Source of the DNA: Acidimicrobiia bacterium
GTDB taxonomy: Bacteria; Actinomycetota; Acidimicrobiia; Spongiisociales; UBA5794
Direction: 5' to 3'
NCBI GenBank assembly: GCA_030066715.1
Contig: JASJBC010000004.1
Span: 1 to 58,045 of the forward strand
Length of the DNA stretch: 58,045 nt
Shown here: one piece after another, positions 1 to 9,703 of the stretch
How positions within the stretch are numbered: position 1 is the first letter of the stretch
Layout: every line of letters begins with the position of its first letter
Notes under the pieces: model-generated
Told to the model about the DNA's origin: nothing
What the model saw: only the letters and a program-made list of their open reading frames with translations
The model's database searches: none
Position numbers and translations under genes: made by a program

Positions 1-853
1 CGTACCCGTCGTGGTACGCCAAGTACGTCTCGCCGTAGTACGGCTGGGGGGTCACGACGTCGTCGAGGCTGCCGACGACGACCTGCATCGGCCCGTCGTA
101 GCCGGTGATTGCCGCGACCGGATCGGTCGTGTACAGCTCCAGGTAGAACGGCTGGTTGAGAGTGACTACCGCTCCCCAGGGGAGGGTGGCGTCCGTCACC
201 GGCTGGGTGAGACCGGTGAGCACCGTCTCGGCACCCAGGACCGTCTTGTAGGTGTCGACGGTGTTTGCCACCGGTGACCAGAGAACAAGCGAGCTCACTT
301 TGCGATGGGACTCGGCGACGTGGGAGGCGACGAGGCCGCCCTGGCTGAGGCCGAGAACTCCGATGTCGCCCACGATCCGTTGATCGTCCAGCCACTCCAT
401 AGCTGCATAGGCGTCCGAGATCTGTCCGGAGAAGGTCGTGCCCTCAAAACCAAACTGGTCGAGGCTCTCCCCAGAACCGCGGAAGTCGATGCGGAGCGAA
501 GCGATTCCGTGCTCGGCAAGGACGTTGGCGGTGCGCTCGTACATGAAGTCGGTGAAGGTGAAGTCTGGTTGCAGGACGGGTCCCTCGTTGCGGTCCCCGG
601 TGAAGCCGTGCAGGAGCAGCACTGTCGGGGCCTTGCCGCGCACGTCGGCGGGCGTGACGAAGGTGCCGTATATCGTGCCGCCTTCGTTCTCGAACGTGAT
701 GACCTCCTCGGTGATCTCCCCAGGTGGGCGCCAGCGATGATCTACATCGTCGGCAACCGCATTGGCCTCGGTCACGTCGCTGCTGGCAACCGCGGCCGCG
801 GCACCCGCGATGAGCAGAGTCAGCACAACTAGAAGTAGCAGTAGCCTTCTCAT
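1..853 (-). CDS. secreted alpha/beta-hydrolase (partial; 3' end runs off the left edge)
   Basis: My own reverse translation from ATG (cat at 851-853) gives MRRLLLLLVVLTLLIAGAAAAVASS, a signal-like N-terminus. It also shows an LLLHGFTGDRNE block and the nucleophile elbow GLSQGG (335-352). Absent from the ORF track because there is no stop codon in the window. Confidence 0.75.
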   Translation of the reverse strand, partial: MRRLLLLLVVLTLLIAGAAAAVASSDVTEANAVADDVDHRWRPPGEITEEVITFENEGGTIYGTFVTPADVRGKAPTVLLLHGFTGDRNEGPVLQPDFTFTDFMYERTANVLAEHGIASLRIDFRGSGESLDQFGFEGTTFSGQISDAYAAMEWLDDQRIVGDIGVLGLSQGGLVASHVAESHRKVSSLVLWSPVANTVDTYKTVLGAETVLTGLTQPVTDATLPWGAVVTLNQPFYLELYTTDPVAAITGYDGPMQVVVGSLDDVVTPQPYYGETYLAYHDGY

Positions 854-1047
854 AGAACTCCCTTCTCAGTTCCTCCCCCAGCCGTGTGAACCCGGCTCCC
901 ACTTCAAGCCTATGGGTTGCCGCACACCGGGTACAGGGCCGAAACGGCTCCTTGCGCGGGGACGGTCGTAGCGGAGTCTCGAGATGTGTCCCTGCGGACA
1001 TAGCTGTAGATTCCCCCGGGAGACAGATACCGAGCAGGGAGACCACG

Positions 1048-1785
1048 ATGAGCGGTCGCATGGCCGGCAAGGTTGCAGTGATCACCGGCGCCGGGCAGGG
1101 GATCGGCCGGGCCACAGCCCTCGCCTATGCCAATGAGGGCGGCACCGTCTGGGCGGTAGACCTGAACCCGGACTCCCTCTCCGACCTGCAACACATGCGG
1201 CCTGATGTGCGCACCGCGGTCCTCGACGTGACCGATCAGGCCGGCGTCGCCAGGCTGGCCGATGAGGTGGGAGGCGTGGACGTTCTGTTCAACTGCGCCG
1301 GTTACGTGCATGCCGGCGGCATCGAGGAATGCACTGAGGCCGAGTGGGATGCGGCGATGGAGGTCAATGTGAAGTCGATGTTCCTCGTTAGCAGGGCCTT
1401 CCTACCCCACATGGAATCCGGCGCGTGCATCATCAACATGGCCTCGGTGGTCTCGAGTATCAGTGGGGTTCCGGGACGACTCGCCTACGGAGCGTCCAAG
1501 GCAGCCGTCATCGGGCTGACCAAGGCGATGGCCGCCGACCTCGTCGATCGCGGCATCCGCTGCAATGCCATCGCTCCCGGTACCGTCGACTCGCCCTCGC
1601 TCGCCGACCGGCTGGCTGCATATGACGATCCCGAGGCTGCTCGGGCGCAGTTTGTTGCCCGGCAGCGCATGGGGAGGCTGGGCACCGCCGAGGAGGTCGC
1701 AGCTCTTGCGGTGTATCTGGGCTCGGACGAATCCGCCTACACCACCGGGAGCGTGCACGTGATCGATGGTGGTATGACGCTGTGA
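1048..1785 (+). CDS. short-chain dehydrogenase/reductase (SDR)
   Basis: ATG at 1048 follows AGGGAG. TGAGQGIG Rossmann motif and classical SDR layout. The ORF-track start at 886 is an upstream extension. Confidence 0.85.
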   Translation: MSGRMAGKVAVITGAGQGIGRATALAYANEGGTVWAVDLNPDSLSDLQHMRPDVRTAVLDVTDQAGVARLADEVGGVDVLFNCAGYVHAGGIEECTEAEWDAAMEVNVKSMFLVSRAFLPHMESGACIINMASVVSSISGVPGRLAYGASKAAVIGLTKAMAADLVDRGIRCNAIAPGTVDSPSLADRLAAYDDPEAARAQFVARQRMGRLGTAEEVAALAVYLGSDESAYTTGSVHVIDGGMTL

Positions 1786-1795
1786 AGGAGAACAC

Positions 1796-2641
1796 GTGAA
1801 GCTGGTTCGATACGGGGAACGTGGCGCCGAACTCCCTGGGGTGATCGACAAAGACGGAGGCCTGCGCTCATTGGCCGACCACATCCCCGACGTTGCCGGC
1901 TCTGTCCTCGAACCGGAATCGTTGGCACGGCTGGCCCGCGTCGATGCGAGAACCCTCCCGCTGGTGTCCCACGACGTCCGCATCGGTCCCTGCGTCGGCA
2001 ACGTTGGCAAGATCGTCTGCATCGGCCTCAACTACTCCGACCACGCCGAGGAGTCCGGCATGGAAGTTCCCGACGAGCCGGTTCTCTTCATGAAGGCGAC
2101 CTCGTCGATCAGCGGGCCGAACGACGATGTGGTGCTTCCCCGCGATGAAGGCAAAGGCGATTGGGAGATCGAGCTTGGTGTCGTGATCGGCAAGCCCGCC
2201 AAGTATGTCTCGGTCGCAGAGGCGCCGAGCCACATCGCCGGATACTGCGTGATCAACGATCTCAGCGCTCGGGAGGCGCAGCTGGAAGGGACCGGGCAAT
2301 GGGTCAAGGGCAAGTCGGCCGACACGTTTGCCCCCATTGGTCCCTGGCTGGTCACCCCCGACGAGATTGCCGACCCGCACAATCTCGACATGTGGCTCGA
2401 AGTGGACGGGTACCGGTACCAGAACGGCAATACGCAAACCATGATCTTTGGTGTGTACGAGCTGGTCAGCTACGTCAGTCGCTTCATGTCTCTCCAGCCT
2501 GGTGACCTCATCAGCACCGGCACCCCGCCTGGGGTCGGGCTTGGTCTCGACCCGCCGATTTGGCTGCAACCGGGCAACGTGATCGAGCTGGGCATCGCCG
2601 GGCTGGGGCGCCAGCGCCAGCTGGTGGTCGGACCCGAATGA
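1796..2641 (+). CDS. fumarylacetoacetate hydrolase (FAH) family protein
   Basis: GTG start 5 nt after GAAGGAG. MKLVRYGERG...GLNYSDHAEE...GTPPGVG is typical of FAH-family hydrolases/decarboxylases. 10 nt after the upstream SDR stop. Confidence 0.85.
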   Translation: MKLVRYGERGAELPGVIDKDGGLRSLADHIPDVAGSVLEPESLARLARVDARTLPLVSHDVRIGPCVGNVGKIVCIGLNYSDHAEESGMEVPDEPVLFMKATSSISGPNDDVVLPRDEGKGDWEIELGVVIGKPAKYVSVAEAPSHIAGYCVINDLSAREAQLEGTGQWVKGKSADTFAPIGPWLVTPDEIADPHNLDMWLEVDGYRYQNGNTQTMIFGVYELVSYVSRFMSLQPGDLISTGTPPGVGLGLDPPIWLQPGNVIELGIAGLGRQRQLVVGPE

Positions 2642-3375
2642 GTGCCCTCGTCACCGGGGCGGCGGGGGCGATCGGCAGCGCGGCGGCCTTCCGGCTGGCC
2701 CGCGACGGCCATCCGGTAGCCGTCGTCGACCTGGATCGGGATGGAGCAGATGCGATCGCCGATGGGATCAGGGGCGAGGGTGGGTTGGCAATCGGGATCG
2801 GTTGCGATCTGCGCGATGAGACCCAGATCGAGGCTGCTTTTGCGACAGCGCATCGCGAGCTGGGTCCGCTCGAGGTGCTGGTCAACAACGCTGCGGTGTT
2901 TCCGTCCGGGCCGTTCCCCGAGGTCTCGGTCGAGGAATTGGACACCACGATCGCAGTCAACCAGCGGGCCTACTTCCTCTGCGCCCAGCAGGCGGCGAGC
3001 GCCATGATCGAGTCCGGGGGAGGATCGATCGTGAACATTGCTTCGATCACGTGGCACGGGGGCTGGGCCGACATGGCGCCGTACGTGATGACGAAGGGCG
3101 GCATCGTTGCCCTGACGCGGGCGGTCGCCACCGAGCTCGGTCGCTACGAGATCCGGGTGAACGCCATCGCCCCCGGTGCTTTTCCCACGGCCGCGGAGCG
3201 GGCGCAGCATCCGGACCTGGAAGCCTACGAGGCCGTGATCCTGGAGTCGCAGGCGCTGAAGCGGCGCGGCACATTCGAGGAGCTGGCGGCGGCGATCTCA
3301 TTCCTGGCGGGGCCGGAATCGACATTCATCACCGGTCAGACCTTGAACGTCGATGGCGGTTGGATCATGGCCTGA
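2638..3375 (+). CDS. short-chain dehydrogenase/reductase (SDR)
   Basis: ATGA start/stop overlap with the FAH gene. LVTGAAGAIGSA glycine motif and C-terminal GQTLNVDGG. Confidence 0.85.
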   Translation: MSALVTGAAGAIGSAAAFRLARDGHPVAVVDLDRDGADAIADGIRGEGGLAIGIGCDLRDETQIEAAFATAHRELGPLEVLVNNAAVFPSGPFPEVSVEELDTTIAVNQRAYFLCAQQAASAMIESGGGSIVNIASITWHGGWADMAPYVMTKGGIVALTRAVATELGRYEIRVNAIAPGAFPTAAERAQHPDLEAYEAVILESQALKRRGTFEELAAAISFLAGPESTFITGQTLNVDGGWIMA

Positions 3376-3543
3376 GCGCATGGCCGGGGAGCGCAAGGCC
3401 CCGATCAGCAGGCAGATTGCGCCCGTTCTCGACTCGCTGCCGACCATCTCCGGAGGATCCTGGTGGACGCCTGGCGGCCGTCTCCGCAGGCAGCTCCGAG
3501 CCTGTGTCTGGATACAATGATCGGCGTTACCGAGGAGTCCGTC

Positions 3544-4233
3544 ATGCCCCAAGTCGACGTCGAAGACGGTGTTGGCGCCACGAGCGAGAGCGAGGAGATG
3601 TACCTCATCACGATCGCCATGGCGATCGAAGACGGGCAGGAGGCTCCGATACCGGTGCCATATCTCGCCGACGCTCTTGACGTCTCGCGAGTTTCGGCCA
3701 ATGAGATGGTGAAGAAGCTCGATGCGCGCGGTCTCATCGAGTACGTGCCCTACAAGGGGGCGGTCTTGCAGCCCGAAGGTGAGCTGATCGCCAGACGGAT
3801 TCTCCGCCGGCGCCGTCTCTGGTCGGTCTTCCTTGCCGAGCAACTCGGCCTCACTCCCCAAGCGGCCGATGCCGTTGCCTGCGAGTTCGAGCACGTGACC
3901 CCGGCAGATGTGGCCAAGCGACTGTCCGACTTCCTCGGTGACCCGAAGGTCGGGCCGCAGGGGAAGCCAATTCCGCACTCGGTTGACGACCCGAGCGAAG
4001 CGGCAGGAGTGGTTCCGCTGCGCGAGCTCGGTGCCGGCGCAGATGGCGAGGTCGTTCGTCTTGATGGCGATGCCACCGACAAGTCCTTTCTCGCCAATCA
4101 TGGTTTGGCGCCGGGTGTCACCCTCACGATGCTCGCCGTCGCCGACGATGGGGCGGTCCTGATCGCCACCGGTGCCGGCAGGCTCAACCTGTCCAAGCCG
4201 ATCGCCGACCTCGTCGGGGTAGTGCCGACTTAG
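3544..4233 (+). CDS. DtxR/IdeR-family metal-dependent transcriptional regulator (with C-terminal SH3/FeoA-like domain)
   Basis: GAGGAG lies 7 nt before ATG 3544. EMYLITIAMA...VSRVSANEMVKKLDARGLIEY...RRRRLWSVFLAEQLG...ACEFEHV matches the DtxR HTH plus metal-site helices. About 230 aa, like IdeR. Confidence 0.85.
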   Translation: MPQVDVEDGVGATSESEEMYLITIAMAIEDGQEAPIPVPYLADALDVSRVSANEMVKKLDARGLIEYVPYKGAVLQPEGELIARRILRRRRLWSVFLAEQLGLTPQAADAVACEFEHVTPADVAKRLSDFLGDPKVGPQGKPIPHSVDDPSEAAGVVPLRELGAGADGEVVRLDGDATDKSFLANHGLAPGVTLTMLAVADDGAVLIATGAGRLNLSKPIADLVGVVPT

Positions 4234-4311
4234 CAGTGCCCGCAGCAATGGCCCTGTGCTGGTTCCGGCGGTGAAGGGCCGGGGGACCGCAACACGAGCT
4301 CGACAACAGGC

Positions 4312-4327
4312 ATTAGGCTCACCGTAC
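4312..4327. promoter_or_regulatory. candidate DtxR/IdeR-type operator upstream of the ABC ATPase gene
   Basis: ATTAGGCTCACCGTAC lies 53 nt upstream of ATG 4380. Its core TTAGGCTCACC resembles the centre of the IdeR/DtxR box (TTAGGCTAACC) and matches the box at 5969-5984 at 12 of 16 positions. Confidence 0.35.
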
Positions 4328-4379
4328 GTTGAAGTTTAGGTCTACCCTGCTTAGCGCCCGGTCCCAAAGTGTTGTTGAC

Positions 4380-5402
4380 ATGAGTTACTACCTAGAAGCG
4401 GTCGGCTTGACCAAGAAATTCGACGACGTGGTTGCGCTCCGCGACGCCCAGATCCGCGTAGAGCGGGGCAACGCCTTAGTACTTCTCGGTCCGAGCGGAT
4501 GCGGGAAGACCACGCTGCTTCGCATTGTCGCCGGTCTGGATGTGCCAGACGAGGGCTCGGTTGTTGTGGCCGGGGAAACGCTGACCGCCTCCGATACTCA
4601 TATTGCGCCCGAGTACCGGCGCATCGGGATGGTCTTTCAGGATTGGGCTCTGTTTCCCCACATGTCCGTCGCCAGGAACGTGGCATTCGGTTTGAGCAAG
4701 GCAGAGGTGGAAGCGGGGAGGGTCGATGAGGCGCTCGAGATGGTCGGACTGTCCGGCTACGGCACGCGCTATCCCGGCGCCCTCTCCGGAGGCCAGGCAC
4801 AGCGTGTTGCCCTGGCCCGGGCGCTGGCGCCGCGACCGCAAGTGATGCTGTTCGACGAGCCATTCTCGAACCTGGATAGCGAGCTGCGCGGGAAGGTTCG
4901 GAGCGAGGTCGCCGCGCTGATGCGCGAGGTGGGTATGACATCCGTCTTCGTTACCCACGACCAAGAAGAGGCATTCGTCCTCGGCGACACCGTGGCGGTG
5001 ATGCGGGAGGGCCGGATCCTCCAGACCGACACTCCTGCCGGCATCTACTCGTCGCCCGTCTCGTCCTGGGTGGCCTCGTTCGTAGGGGAGGCCAACATCG
5101 TGCCCGGCGATGCCGGTGGCGGCTCCATAGCGACTGCGGTCGGGTCACTCCCGGCAGCGAATGGCTTGCGCGGCAGTTGCAGTGCCGTGATTCGGCCGGA
5201 GCACCTACTTGTGTCGTCGGGTGGCGACGGGACCATCTCTTCTGTCGAGTTCTACGGCCACGATTCGACGTATCGGGTAGCGCTGAACGATGCCACCTAT
5301 ACCGTCCGGGTTGCGTCCGCTCCCAACTTCCAGCCCGGGGATATGGTCTCGATCTCGTACGCGGGCCCGGCGGTCGTTGCGTTTCCTGAGACGCAGTCCT
5401 GA
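4380..5402 (+). CDS. ABC transporter ATP-binding protein, Fe(3+)/polyamine-importer type (FbpC/PotA-like) with TOBE-like tail
   Basis: Walker A GPSGCGKTT, signature LSGGQAQRVALARAL, Walker B MLFDEPFSNLD. ATG at 4380 is internal to the ORF-track TTG start at 4329. Confidence 0.9.
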   Translation: MSYYLEAVGLTKKFDDVVALRDAQIRVERGNALVLLGPSGCGKTTLLRIVAGLDVPDEGSVVVAGETLTASDTHIAPEYRRIGMVFQDWALFPHMSVARNVAFGLSKAEVEAGRVDEALEMVGLSGYGTRYPGALSGGQAQRVALARALAPRPQVMLFDEPFSNLDSELRGKVRSEVAALMREVGMTSVFVTHDQEEAFVLGDTVAVMREGRILQTDTPAGIYSSPVSSWVASFVGEANIVPGDAGGGSIATAVGSLPAANGLRGSCSAVIRPEHLLVSSGGDGTISSVEFYGHDSTYRVALNDATYTVRVASAPNFQPGDMVSISYAGPAVVAFPETQS

Positions 5403-5468
5403 GGGGTGACGATTGCCGTCCACAAGCGTGCTGATGCCGAGAGCCGGCCCGCGTTGCGTGCGGTCTAG

Positions 5469-5846
5469 CTAGGCAACGAGCTCGAGGAGGTCATTCGTCA
5501 TCAGCACGAGCAGGAACGCAATCACGCCGATGTGGATAGCGGTGACCGGTCGGCGCCATGGATGTTCCGCCCTCGAGAACCGACGGATGCTGTAGACGTT
5601 GGCGGCAATGGCAACGGTGCCGAATGTCAGTCCCAGCACCGGCCCGACACCCGGGGCGAGACCGAGAAACGGGGTTACAAAGGGCAGGATCACATAGGTC
5701 AAGACACAGCGGAGACCCGAGACGACCATGGAAACGGAAAAAGCGCGCTCAGTCTGCTTGCGGCTCGGTTGTGGTGGGCAGGCAGGTCCGACCGCCGCTT
5801 CCGATTCGATGCCTGGCTGAGTTGCCTGAGACACGAGCACGACCAC
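5469..5846 (-). CDS. small integral membrane protein, unknown function
   Basis: Three hydrophobic spans (VLTYVILPFVTPFLGLAPGVGPVLGL..., VIAFLLVLMTN). The real start may be the internal ATG at 5729. Sits between the ATPase and binding-protein genes on the opposite strand. Confidence 0.5.
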   Translation of the reverse strand: MVVLVSQATQPGIESEAAVGPACPPQPSRKQTERAFSVSMVVSGLRCVLTYVILPFVTPFLGLAPGVGPVLGLTFGTVAIAANVYSIRRFSRAEHPWRRPVTAIHIGVIAFLLVLMTNDLLELVA

Positions 5847-5964
5847 CTTTGCGCTGTCCCGAATACCTTGGCGCTCCCGACTCTAGGCATGTCCAGCACC
5901 GAGGATCGACACGAGGCCCCGGCACCGGGATAGCCAGCCGCCCCCTTTTTACCTACGGCTGTAG

Positions 5965-5984
5965 TGGTATTAGGGTCACCTAAT
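5965..5984. promoter_or_regulatory. candidate DtxR/IdeR-type operator upstream of the iron-binding-protein gene
   Basis: The palindrome ATTAGG-GTCA-CCTAAT (5969-5984) lies 57 nt upstream of ATG 6041. The 19-mer TGGTATTAGGGTCACCTAA matches the IdeR consensus TWAGGTWAGSCTWACCTWA at 13 of 19 positions by my alignment. Confidence 0.4.
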
Positions 5985-6040
5985 GATCCGTGCAAGGAAG
6001 TGTTTATGAAGGGGCAGGCGTCGACTGCGGGAAGCGATCG

Positions 6041-7042
6041 ATGAAACGGCTCGCAACCACCATGCTCGTCGTCTTGGCCCTCACCGCATCGAGTTGTGGC
6101 ACCAGTGAGGAGACAATCACGATCTACTCGGGTCGGACGGAGAACCTCGTTGGCCCGCTCCTCGAGGAGTTCACCGCCGAGACGGGCATCAACATCGAGG
6201 TCCGGTACGGGCAGTCTGCCGACCTGGCTCTGCTCATCGATCAGGAGGGAGACCGCAGCCCGGCCGATGTCTTCATCTCGCAGAGCCCTGGAGCCGTTGG
6301 CTTCCTTGCGGGCAACGATCGCCTCAGGCCAATCGGCGGCGATGTTCTCGAACTGGTTGCCCCGGAGTTCCGCAATGCGAACGGGGAGTGGATAGGGATG
6401 TCGGGCCGGGTCCGCGTCCTCGTGTACAACGAGGACCTCGTGGACCCAGGTGAGCTTCCGGAGTCCGTTTTCGAGTTGACCGACGAGAGGTTCCGCGGCC
6501 GAGTGGCGGTGGCGCCGGCCAACGGATCATTCCAGGACTTTGTGACCGCCCTGCGCGAAACCAATGGCGATGAGGCCACCGCAGCCTGGCTGGCCGGTCT
6601 GGCCGCCAACGAGGTGCAGACTTACGCAGGCAATACGGCGATCGTCCAGGCCGTCGGCCGCGGCGACGTACCCATGGGTCTCGTCAATCACTACTACAAC
6701 CTTCGGGCCAAGGCAGAGAACCCGGAAGTTGCCTCCAGGAACTACTTTTTCCCCGATGGTGACATCGGTTCCCTCGTGATCGTGACTGCGGTCAGCGTGC
6801 TGGCTACGACCGATGCGCCCGATCTGGCTGAGGAATTCGTTGCGTTCATGTTGAGCAAGTCGGCGCAGGAGTTCTTCAGCTCCGAGACGTTCGAGTATCC
6901 GCTTGCCGCCGACGTGCAACCGGGGCCGGATCTCCCGCCACTTGCGACGATAGGTGTGGCGGCATACGACTTCGATCAGCTGGGCGGAGGCCTAGAGCGA
7001 ACGAAGGAGCTGATCGATGAGAGTGGCCTCGAGAGCCCGTAG
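6041..7042 (+). CDS. Fe(3+) ABC transporter substrate-binding lipoprotein (FbpA/AfuA/FutA-like)
   Basis: MKRLATTMLVVLALTASSCG lipobox. ITIYSGRTENLVGPLLEEFTAETGINIEVRYG is typical of ferric-iron binding proteins. Confidence 0.85.
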   Translation: MKRLATTMLVVLALTASSCGTSEETITIYSGRTENLVGPLLEEFTAETGINIEVRYGQSADLALLIDQEGDRSPADVFISQSPGAVGFLAGNDRLRPIGGDVLELVAPEFRNANGEWIGMSGRVRVLVYNEDLVDPGELPESVFELTDERFRGRVAVAPANGSFQDFVTALRETNGDEATAAWLAGLAANEVQTYAGNTAIVQAVGRGDVPMGLVNHYYNLRAKAENPEVASRNYFFPDGDIGSLVIVTAVSVLATTDAPDLAEEFVAFMLSKSAQEFFSSETFEYPLAADVQPGPDLPPLATIGVAAYDFDQLGGGLERTKELIDESGLESP

Positions 7043-8594
7043 CACAGCCAAGCCGACGTCAGCCGTCACGGCGATCGTTGGTCTCCTCTTTCTGTTCCCG
7101 CTCGGGTATTTGCTCTGGGGCGCACTGAACCTCGACGGCGATCTCTGGGGGACGCTCGCCAGTGAGGCAACGCTCGAGCCCTTGGCGAAGTCCCTGTTGC
7201 TGGCAACGTCGACGGCGGCGGCAACAGCGGTCGTTGGGACGGCTCTGGCCGTCCTGGTGACCCGAACCGACCTGCCCGGTCGCCGATTCCTGCGGGTGCT
7301 GTTGGCGCTGCCACTGGTGATCCCGTCATTTGTGGGTGCTACCGCCTTGCTTGCCGCCTTCGGCCCCGGTGCGCTGATATCAGCGGTGCCGCGACCGCAG
7401 GGCTTTTGGGGTGCCTTTGCCGTCCTCACGCTGCTGAGCTACCCGTACGTCTATCTGCCACTCTTGGGCAGGCTGTCCACCACGGCCTCCTCGCTGGAGG
7501 AGGCGGCGCGTCAGCTTGGCAGCACGCCGCGGAGAACCTTCGCTCGCGTCGTGCTGCCGCAGCTCCGCACCACGATTGCGGCCGGCACGATGCTGGTGTT
7601 CCTCTATGCGCTGAGCGACTTCGGCGCGGTCTCCCTGCTGCGCTACGACACCATCACTCGGGCGATTTTCTCCTCCCGCCTATTCGACCGACCCACCTCG
7701 CTGACACTGGGGTTGGTGCTCGCCGTGCTCGCTCTGGCGGTTGCGGCCGGTGAGCGCCTGCTCGTGTCACGCCGGGAACGGCAGCAGATCATCGGAAGCG
7801 GCCAGACCGTCTACCGACTTGGGAGGGCTCGTGTCGCTGCGGCCGCCGCCGTCCTCGTGGTGGTGGCGGTGGCTTTGGCCACCCCGATCCTCGTTTTCGC
7901 CATCTGGATCCTGCGCGGGTCGGCGACCATCGGAACTGGGTTCACGGGACTTGGGGATGGGCTGGGGTTCCTCATTGCCCCCACGATCAACTCCGCGGTG
8001 GCGGCGACGGTGGCCGGCCTTGTCGCGGTCCTCGTTGTTCTCCCCGTTGCCTACAGCGCGGCTCGGCGACGCGGCTTCATACCCGAGGCGGCCTCGGCCG
8101 CCGTCACATCGGTGTTTGCGCTGCCCGGACTCGTTGTTGCCCTCGCTGTTGTCTTCTGGGCCATTCAGGCTCCCGGCCCACTGGCCGGGCTCTACCAGAG
8201 CTTCCCCCTGCTCGTCCTGGCCTACGTGCTCAACTTCGGGGCGCAGTCGATGCGATCCTCACAGGCGGCTATCTCGGCCGTGCCAACTCAGTACGACGAG
8301 GCCGGACAAACCCTCGGGGTTGGGGCGCGGCGTCGCTTCCTCGAGATCGAGATGCCACTCATGGCCCCCGGGCTCATCACCGGGGGCGGCCTGGTGCTGC
8401 TGTCGACCCTCAAGGAACTGCCGGCGACGCTGCTGCTGGCACCGATCGGTTTTGAGACGTTGGCAACGCGCATCTGGGGCGCGGCGGAGGATGGCTTCTA
8501 TGCCGAGGTGGGTGTCGCCTCTCTCGTGTTGATTGGCCTCTCCGGTGTGCTCACCTGGCTTCTCGTTCTGCGCCCCGAGCTGAATCGACGATGA
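7017..8594 (+). CDS. Fe(3+) ABC transporter permease, duplicated-domain (FbpB-like)
   Basis: 525 aa and polytopic. Two EAA-type loops (SLEEAARQLGSTPRRTFARVVLPQL and QYDEAGQTLGVGARRRFLEIEMPLMAPGL). Overlaps the binding-protein gene by 26 nt. Confidence 0.85.
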   Translation: MRVASRARSTAKPTSAVTAIVGLLFLFPLGYLLWGALNLDGDLWGTLASEATLEPLAKSLLLATSTAAATAVVGTALAVLVTRTDLPGRRFLRVLLALPLVIPSFVGATALLAAFGPGALISAVPRPQGFWGAFAVLTLLSYPYVYLPLLGRLSTTASSLEEAARQLGSTPRRTFARVVLPQLRTTIAAGTMLVFLYALSDFGAVSLLRYDTITRAIFSSRLFDRPTSLTLGLVLAVLALAVAAGERLLVSRRERQQIIGSGQTVYRLGRARVAAAAAVLVVVAVALATPILVFAIWILRGSATIGTGFTGLGDGLGFLIAPTINSAVAATVAGLVAVLVVLPVAYSAARRRGFIPEAASAAVTSVFALPGLVVALAVVFWAIQAPGPLAGLYQSFPLLVLAYVLNFGAQSMRSSQAAISAVPTQYDEAGQTLGVGARRRFLEIEMPLMAPGLITGGGLVLLSTLKELPATLLLAPIGFETLATRIWGAAEDGFYAEVGVASLVLIGLSGVLTWLLVLRPELNRR

Positions 8595-8688
8595 GAGCTA
8601 TCGGTTTGGTGCGAAGGCACGACTGAACAACCGATGCTGCCGTCATAAGGCTGGCCCTAAGAACGGGGACTTTCGACCCTGGGGGAAA

Positions 8689-9435
8689 TTGCTCTACGGC
8701 GATAGAGTTTTTGGTATGCCTGAAGAAACGCTGACTGAAGTAGCAGCCATACCTGAACTCGACTCGACCACCGAGTCGGAGCAGATGTACCTGATCACTG
8801 TGGCGCAGGCAGTGGAGGCCGGCATCTCCGGTCCCGTTTCGATTTCGAAGATTGCTCAAGACCTGGGTGTCTCCATCCCCTCGGCAAACGAGATGGTCAA
8901 GAAGCTCAGCGGGCGCAACCTGCTGACCTACGAGCCGTACCACGGTGTTGAGCTCACCGCAGTCGGCAGCCTCCTCGCCGATCAGGTGCTGCGGACGCGA
9001 CGCCTCTGGGCCACCTTTCTGGCCGAGCACCTCGGGTTCAGTCCGGTTGATGCCGATGCTCAGGCGTGCCATCTCGAACATGCGACCTCGGCCGAGGCCG
9101 CGGATCGGCTGGCGGCTTTCCTCGGGAACCCCGAGGCAGGGCCACTGGGCCGGCCCATTCCGGAAGTGTCTTCATCCTCGCCCCGTCGTCCTTCGGTTCG
9201 TCTTGGTGAGATTCCTGTCGGGGCAACCGCTGAGGTGATCTCGGTAACAGCCGCCGACCGTGCTCTCGAATTCCTCAACTCAGAGGGCATAGCGGTCGGC
9301 GCCCACCTCACGGTTGCCGCTTCAGGTTCCACCGGCTTGCTCATCGAACACTCCGGGGGTTCGGTTCACCTGAACCAGCAACTCGCCGGAGCGGTCGAGG
9401 TTCGTCCCTTCGGAGGTGGCAATGCTTCCGCGTAG
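8689..9435 (+). CDS. second DtxR/IdeR-family metal-dependent regulator (with SH3/FeoA-like C-terminal domain)
   Basis: EQMYLITVAQA...VSIPSANEMVKKLSGRNLLTYEPY...RTRRLWATFLAEHLG...ACHLEHA is a paralogue of the 3544-4233 product. The start is ambiguous (TTG 8689 after GGGGGA, or ATG 8716). Confidence 0.8.
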   Translation: MLYGDRVFGMPEETLTEVAAIPELDSTTESEQMYLITVAQAVEAGISGPVSISKIAQDLGVSIPSANEMVKKLSGRNLLTYEPYHGVELTAVGSLLADQVLRTRRLWATFLAEHLGFSPVDADAQACHLEHATSAEAADRLAAFLGNPEAGPLGRPIPEVSSSSPRRPSVRLGEIPVGATAEVISVTAADRALEFLNSEGIAVGAHLTVAASGSTGLLIEHSGGSVHLNQQLAGAVEVRPFGGGNASA

Positions 9436-9703
9436 GGCAACATCGAAAGAGCCGCCGGCCGACGACCGGTTGACCCTCGCGGAGGCCGAGCGTCATTCCC
9501 GGGTGCGGGTGACCCGTGTCTCCGGTCGACCCCGGCTGATTCAGCGATTGGCTGCACTCGGCGTTGTTCCGGGCGTATCGCTCACGGTGGTGCGTCCCGG
9601 CGGACCTGCCATGGTCGCAATGGGCGGGGCGCGGATTGCCATCGGCAAGAGCGCTGCTCGCTCTGTTGAGATCGAGGTCGATGAGCCCGGAGCCTCTTCG
9701 TGA
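9422..9703 (+). CDS. feoA: FeoA family ferrous-iron transport protein
   Basis: LAEAERHSRVRVTRVSG...RLAALGVVPGVSLTVVR...GGARIAIGKSAARSVEIEV is a FeoA SH3-like pattern. Overlaps the regulator stop and is coupled to feoB by GTGA. Confidence 0.8.
   Translation: MLPRRATSKEPPADDRLTLAEAERHSRVRVTRVSGRPRLIQRLAALGVVPGVSLTVVRPGGPAMVAMGGARIAIGKSAARSVEIEVDEPGASS

Noticed and set aside
886-1047. Long N-terminal extensions suggested by the ORF track. Examples: 886 for the SDR, 2560, 3463, 12747-13019 for TetR, 26906 for the PAS kinase, 28918 for AraC, 36014 for SRPBCC, 44276 for GNAT, 48659 for the GyrI protein.
   Set aside because: The extensions overlap neighbouring genes or have non-protein-like composition. 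Internal starts with RBS-like sequences or start/stop overlaps give products of the normal family length.
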